Of a stretch of DNA of 64,000 nt, positions 57,945 to 64,000 are shown piece by piece. The first letter of the stretch is position 1. Each line of letters opens with the position of its first letter. The DNA is from Macrostomum lignano (Eukaryota): the NCBI GenBank assembly GCA_002269645.1, contig NIVC01000006.1, forward strand, positions 868,001 to 932,000, given 5' to 3'. A program made the translations under genes and the position numbers. A model generated the notes under the pieces. The model was not told the origin of the DNA and made no database searches. It was given only the letters and a program-made list of their open reading frames with translations.

Positions 57945-58497
57945 GTGTAATGGTAGATTGTGTCCATGGCATTGTAGGTAGACAGTGGTAGATTGTGCCT
58001 ATGGTTTTGGAAGTAGACAATGGTAGATTGTGTCTGTGACTGTGGAAGTAGACAATGGTAGACTATGTCTATGGTTTTGGAAGTAGACAATGGTAGACTG
58101 TGCCTATGGTTTTGGAAGTAGACAATGGTAGATTGTGCCTATGGTTTTGGAAGTAGACAATGGTATATTGTGTCTGTGGCTTTGGAGGTAGAGAATGGTA
58201 GCTTGTGTGTCTGTGTCTATGGCTTTGGAGGTAGACAATGATAGTTTGTGTGCTTGTGTCTATGGCTTTGGAGGTAGACAATGATAGCTTGTGTGCTTGT
58301 GTCTATGGCTTTGGAGGTAGACAATGATAGCTTGTGTGTTTGTGTCTATGGCTTTGGAGGTAGACAATGATAGCTTGTGTGCTTGTGTTTATGGTTTTGG
58401 AGGTAGACAATGATAGCTTGTGTGCTTGTGTCTATGGCTTTGGAGGTAGACAATGATAGCTTGTGTGCTTGTGTCTATGGTTTTTGAGGTAGACAAT
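57945..58497. repeat. 35-39 bp minisatellite (gtagacaatgatagcttgtgtgcttgtgtctatggctttggag)
   Basis: About 15 units. Confidence 0.93.
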
Positions 58498-59006
58498 GAC
58501 TCGTTTCCCCATAGACTCGTTCAAAATTAGCATTAGCATACCGACTGGATCTTCAGAATTCTATTAATTTTTCGAAGTTTCCAATTTTGGGAACTGCAAA
58601 TAAACTCTAGGCCCAGACAAGTCATCTATCATTGGCAGAATTGGCTGTCGCAGCTGTGAACCGGATATTGACAGATAGGGCCACCCAGCTTCGAATCTTG
58701 GCTGCACTTCAATTTATTCTTCGCAACTCGCCTGTAATGAGTTTTTGTCCAATAGCAACTGGCGATAGGAAGTATTCCGTCATGAGTGTGACAATCTCCG
58801 CTTGTTGAGCTTCCCCAATAAGTCTCAGTTCAGCAGTTAGCAACAGAGTAGGAACTGATTTACTAAGCGTCCACGGCAAAGTGAATATGTACTTCAACAT
58901 CCAACAGCTTCGTAACTAACATTGAGTGATTTCAATCAATATTCAATGTGCTGATGTGAACTAATGGATAACATTAAAACTAATCATGAATCAATTATTT
59001 GCAGAT

Positions 59007-60788
59007 ATGAATGCAACATCAAATAACACATCTATTGGCATCAATGCGAGCCCTGGTTCGGATGACTCATTCAACTCGTTAATGCTGCAGCTGCCCTAGA
59101 AGCAATCATCTGCCTACTGACTGTTATCGGCAACGCTTTAACAATTCTGGCCGCTGTGACGTACCCGAATCTTCGCAAACCGACTAACTACCTGATCATC
59201 AACTTGGCCTTGGTCGACTTTCTCGTAGGCATTATAGCCATACCGTTTGCGTCTGTCTCAGAGAGCGGCTTTCCTAAAAATAGTTTCTACGGCTGTCTAA
59301 TTATCAACTGCATAGTTGTAACATTCACTCAGGTTAGCTTCATCAATCTGCTGGCAATCGCCTTTGAGATACTCATCGCGGTGAAATACCCGCTGCGCTA
59401 TCGGTCTCTCTTCACTAGACGGAACGTCTCAGCATTATGCGTACTGCTCTGGTTGTCAGGCGCCCTACTGGGCTTCATACCGCTCATGGGCTGGAACAAG
59501 GGCCCGCCTCCAGATTGGAGTCTGCTCGTTTGTAAACGTGATCGACTTGCGCTACTGGGTCTACGTGTGTCTTCTTCGCTGGTCGGCCTGGATTTTCCTC
59601 GTCGTGTTTTCACTCTACGCCACCGTGTTCTGCATCATCCGGCGCCAGCTCGGCTACAGGCGCCATCGCGGCGGCGGCGGCGATGGCGGCAGCGGCGGGA
59701 TGCTGACAGCAGTGAGACGCAGGACCAGACGACCAGGCAGCGCATTGGTGACAGCACCTACAGTGGCGGCGTCTCTACCGCCACGGTTAAAGCGGCCAAG
59801 CGAATGTCCGTTATTGTTTTCGCATTTGCTATAGCCTGGATACCTCTGAATATCCATAACGTATTGCAGGTATAATGGCTAATTAGTTGCATATTTGTTT
59901 TTAGTTTGTTTACATGAAGTTATTGGAGTTTATTCTGCATTGCTGGGGGGTTTTCACAGAGGCGTCCGCCAACCATGCAGTGAACTTGATCATATGTATA
60001 CGGACATAAGGACATTGGACATACGGAAATTGGACATACGGACATTGGATATCCGGAAATTGGACATACGGACATTGGATATCCGGAAATTGGACATAAG
60101 GACATTGGACATACGGACATTGGACATCCGGAAATTGGACATCCGGAAATTGGACATACGGACACGTGGTGCAGTGGTCCTGGCTTCTCATCTTCAAGAC
60201 ATTCATAGAATTTGAATTGTGTGCTGTAGGGGTTAAGCTATCATGAGCACAAGTTACGTAAGCCCTAGGCTAAATTCTGTGCAAGGTACAAAACATTGAA
60301 ACCCTGAAATCTGGATGAGAGAACGCTCCTCTACCCGGCCAACTCAACTGTGTCTTTCAGCATTGCTTTATTTAACTAACGCGACATTAATCTACTCAAA
60401 TTCTCAGAAGAATTAAATCTCCACTGCTTCAGGTGATGTGCGATCTACAATACGGGAGTTACGTCGTCAAAGTGTGCATCTTGTTGACGCACAGCCAACA
60501 GCCGCGGTCAATCCGTTTGTGTACGCCTTTTCGCATCCGCAGTTCCGGGCAGCTTACGCCGCACTGATTTGTTGCAGACGGGTCAGGCCTGAGTTTTGCG
60601 ATCCCAGCGTAAATGGCGGCAGCCGCGGTGTTCATGGAGGACGAAGCACTCGCAGCAAACAGACCGGCAACCGGCGGCGACTTCTGCCAGCATCGCTCGA
60701 CGACAAACAATTGCCAGTGAACCGCAGTACGCTGCTGAACACGAATTTGTCACTAGATTATGATCGGGTGACAATTGGTGGCTGGTAA
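59007..60788 (+). pseudogene. ADORA: Adenosine-receptor-like class A GPCR with at least 4 frame disruptions
   Basis: Exons about 59007-59869 and 60433-60788. GNALTILA, LRKPTNYLIINLALVDFLVGIIAIPF, GCLIINC, KYPLRY, GFIPLMGWN, CSFVNVIDLRYWVY, RRQL, KAAK...AWIPL, LTHS..AVNPFVYAF. The pieces lie in different frames. Confidence 0.8.
59995..60165. repeat. 10-bp minisatellite (ggacatacgg / aaattggaca) in the GPCR intron
   Basis: About 17 units. Confidence 0.9.
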
Positions 60789-62300
60789 CCGAATGTAGGC
60801 GGCAAAAGTAACTAAACTATTTTAAAAGGACGCTGTACATGGAAATTCGAAAGTTCCTGAAGCTTAAGCTTTTTAATCTCAACCACAGACCGCAAAGCAA
60901 TCAAGCTTTGAATTTGTAATGATGTTGTATGAATCTAATAACTCTAACATACCTGTGATGCATTCCCTGACTCCGATTTAGCTTAACACTTTCTAACGTT
61001 TTGTTCGACGCCAACTCCACCCACTTGGCATATTGCGACTTCGTGACAGCTGAAGTTATTCTTGATATAACAAATTTTGTTTATCTTATTTAGCCGATTA
61101 ATCTTTATTTTATTTATTACCTCCAAAAATACGAGGGTATCTCCATGCTTATCGCGAAATGTCGCCCAACATGCATATCGTATCGAAATTTTGGCTGAAA
61201 TTCTCAAAACTTTCTCGCGAATATTTAATAATAAACACACGTACGTGCGACTCAATACATTAGACCGAAATGTCTTTATAGCGCTTGCAAATTGCACGTT
61301 CATAGAAACTCTTATGGAGTACATCGCAGCGATAAACATTGCGTCTTATCTTCAACCTTTGGCTTCACTAAGCGCTATAGGTGTACACTAAATTGACCTC
61401 TGATATTTTATCTGTACAGAGCAGTCCAAGCAAACGCATTTGGCATGTATATATTGTGACCGAGTCACAGACCGAAGTCTCGAGCCCCACTGGACGCATG
61501 GCGGAGAAGCCTTACGGAACATTCTCGGTGAGGAAACGCACGGACGAATAATTATTTGACTTTTTGCGCATTTGTTTTCGATTAATATTTAACATGAGAA
61601 AGTTGCCAGATAGACGGACAGCTTCCAGTATAATATAGAATAGGTGAATATGAGGGCCACAAAAGTAAGATCTCCCCAGACTGCATCTGTATAAATTTCC
61701 CAAATTCGTACAATTAGAATAAACTTTTGTGCTTCCACCTTTGATTTCGAAAAAGTGCATGTGCACCTGTGTACACCATGGCCAACTACAGCAGAAGGAA
61801 TTTGTTAGAAAACTCCTCCTCACTCAATTTTGTTAGAAATGAGCTGTAGGTTGGTAAGGAACGCATGGCGTTGAATGAGGTTTCACCATAGACAAATTCG
61901 GTCAGGAAAAATTTATCGAATAAAAAAATGTGTTAGCTAGCAAGGAGACTTCACAGAAGCATTAGAATTTGTCTATGGCCTGGATCGGTGCGCAACGAAA
62001 CACGCTGTGTAATTAAAATCCAGTGTCTATGCTCGCGTACAAGTACGAGGGCACCGCAGTTGTCGACTGCGGTCCGACGGCGCATTAAGCATTCTGTCAA
62101 AACTGAATGCACAGTGACAAAATTGAAAATAGACCGCAAAAGTAGTGCAGAACTAATGCACCAGCGATACGACAAATACGCGTTCCATACTGAAAGTGTA
62201 GCGGTCCTTCTATTTTAGCTGTCCAAGATTGCTGTTCATTCTATTGCGGCATTTGAGTTTACTAGTCTACTAGTTTACTTAAAAGTGACTCAGCCATGCG

Positions 62301-63490
62301 ATGATGCACAATTTCAACTCCGTTTCAGTATCCACCGAAAGCAAGTTGGACGCTTCGTTGATGCCCTCAACTCGGCGCCGTCGGATGAGGCCTCGTTGGC
62401 AACGAAGACTTGGTGATGTCGTGCGCCGGCACCTGCTGCTGCTGCTGCTGCTGCTCGGCATCTCGCTCGGTGCCGTCCTCGGCCTGAGCCTTCGCGGCGT
62501 CGTCTCTCCATCGGACGAGGCCGCGATCCGCTACCTGGCCTTCCCCGGCGAGCTGTTGATGCGGATGCTGAAGCTGCTCATCCTGCCGCTCATCGTCAGC
62601 TCGCTGGTCACGGCGATGTGCAGCTTGGACGCCGAGGCCACCGGCAAGTTGGGCGGCCGAGCTCTAGTTTATTACCTGGTTACTACACTGGTTGCTATGG
62701 GCATTGGAATGCTGCTAGTTTATTTTATTCAACCGGGAGCGGCGGCTGCTGGGTCCTCGGTCGGACCGCCGTCGACAACTGCGGAGCCCTCGGCTGCCCG
62801 TGGCGCCACTTCAGTCATTGAGCCGCTGCTGGATTTAATCAGGTGACATTTGACAAGCTGCTGTGCTGTGAAAGGGCTCTGTCAAGGATCAACTGAGTGG
62901 TAAAGAGGACTAAGGCCTAATTTTATGGGTAAAATGCACAGGATGGGGGGTTTCACAAACTCGAAATTTCACAACGTCGAAAGCACCTTCTTTCACAAGG
63001 TCGAAACTTCACAAGGTCGAAATTTCACAACACCGAAAACTTTAGCAAGGGACTTCATAAGGTCGAAATTTCACAACGTAGAAAACTACTGCATAGCTCT
63101 TGTTATATTAAATTTTCGACCTTGTGAAAGTGGATGCTATTTGAGTTTTCGATGTTCTGTCAAGCTATTTTTGGGGGAGGGGCGCAATATGTTCTGTCAA
63201 GCTATTTTGGGGAGGGGCGCAAATGTTCTGCTGTCAAGCTATTTTTGGGGGGGGGGCAATATGTTCTGTCAAGCTATTTTGGGGAGGGGCGCAAATGTTC
63301 TGCTGTCAAGCTATTTTTGGGGGGGGCAATATGTTCTGTCAAGCTATTTTGGGGGGGGGCGCAATATGTTCTGTCAAGCTATTTTGGAGGGGGGGGCTAA
63401 ATCCGCCCCTGGAAACATACATGTACATTAGTTCTATATTTTTTCAGGAACATGTTCCCAGAGAATCTGATCGAGGCCTGCTTCCGCTCG
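62301..63490 (+). CDS. SLC1A: SLC1/EAAT glutamate or neutral amino acid transporter, first two coding exons (continues past window)
   Basis: Exons 62301-62842 and 63448-63490 (phase 2). FPGELLMRMLKLLILPLIVSSLV, GKLGGRALVYYL, IQPG, LLDLIR|NMFPENLIEACF are SLC1 signature segments. Confidence 0.95.
63150..63400. repeat. About 36-bp minisatellite in SLC1 intron 1
   Basis: atgttctgtcaagctatttttggggggggcgca units. Confidence 0.9.
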
Positions 63491-63829
63491 GTAAGTAAAA
63501 TTTTGATGGTAAAAAAGCTGGACTCGGAATTCGGTAATTCGAAATGTGCATTTTGAATTCGTTTGCATCGGGTTATAACAAAACCGTGACGGTCTGTGTG
63601 CTTGTTGTTTTTGGCTAGTTCAAATTTCGGCGGCGACAGTAGCTAAAATATTGTAATTTAAATAGAGCCAACGGTTTGCGGTGGGTTCTTGGGATATGGT
63701 TTTTATTCTAATGTGTGCATTCACACTCAGATTGACATGAGAATGCGGCTCAGACAAAGATAGGGGCTTAGTGAGAGTAAATTAAGATTAGATAATGGAT
63801 AAGATGAAAAGGTAAATAAAGTGCGTATG

Positions 63830-64000
63830 AGTAGATAAGGACTGATTGAGGAGTAGATAAGGAGAGATTAGGAGTAGATAAGGGGTGATTTAGGAGTAGG
63901 TAAAGAAAGATTTAGGAGTAGATAAGGACTGATTTAGGAGTAGATAAGGAGAGATTAGGAGTAGATAAGGGGTGATTTAGGAGTAGATAAGGACTGATTG
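63830..64000. repeat. About 22-bp purine-rich minisatellite in SLC1 intron 2
   Basis: gagtagataagg...gatttag units running off the window end. Confidence 0.85.

Noticed and set aside
58709-58900. 63-aa minus-strand ORF as an upstream exon of the IQ gene
   Set aside because: It ends in a stop and no in-phase donor was found.
60983-62218. Several 60-118 aa ORFs between the GPCR and SLC1
   Set aside because: No motifs, no consistent splice sites, and they overlap on both strands.
63582-63625. aaccgtgacggt resembling the start of a flatworm spliced leader
   Set aside because: No terminal ATG|GT donor follows, and the similarity is only about 12 nt.

Overview
Eukaryotic, animal genomic DNA with GC-rich exons separated by AT-rich spacers and about 25 tandem arrays, mostly intronic. 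The style suggests a flatworm such as Macrostomum, but this is inference only. Genes rebuilt by hand from splice sites and reading-frame phase: (1) an 8-exon type I membrane protein with a galactose-binding-like domain, Ig domains and a Tyr-motif tail (-); (2) tRNA-Gly(GCC); (3) a 9-exon BCR/ABR-like RhoGEF-PH-C2-RhoGAP gene (-); (4) a small TSP1-TM-PPxY protein (-); (5) TEDC1 (+); (6) a frameshifted PAN/LamG-like secreted gene (+); (7) a non-RD STE-like kinase (+); (8) an IQ-motif protein (-); (9) a multiply frameshifted adenosine-receptor-like GPCR (+); (10) the 5' end of an SLC1/EAAT transporter (+). Mobile DNA: five copies of a tRNA-derived CORE-like SINE, several MITEs, a truncated RTE-type LINE and a possible RT relic. 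No prokaryotic system or CRISPR array is present. Nearly all long ORFs in the supplied track are artefacts of tandem repeats. No database search was run; family calls rest on remembered motifs.
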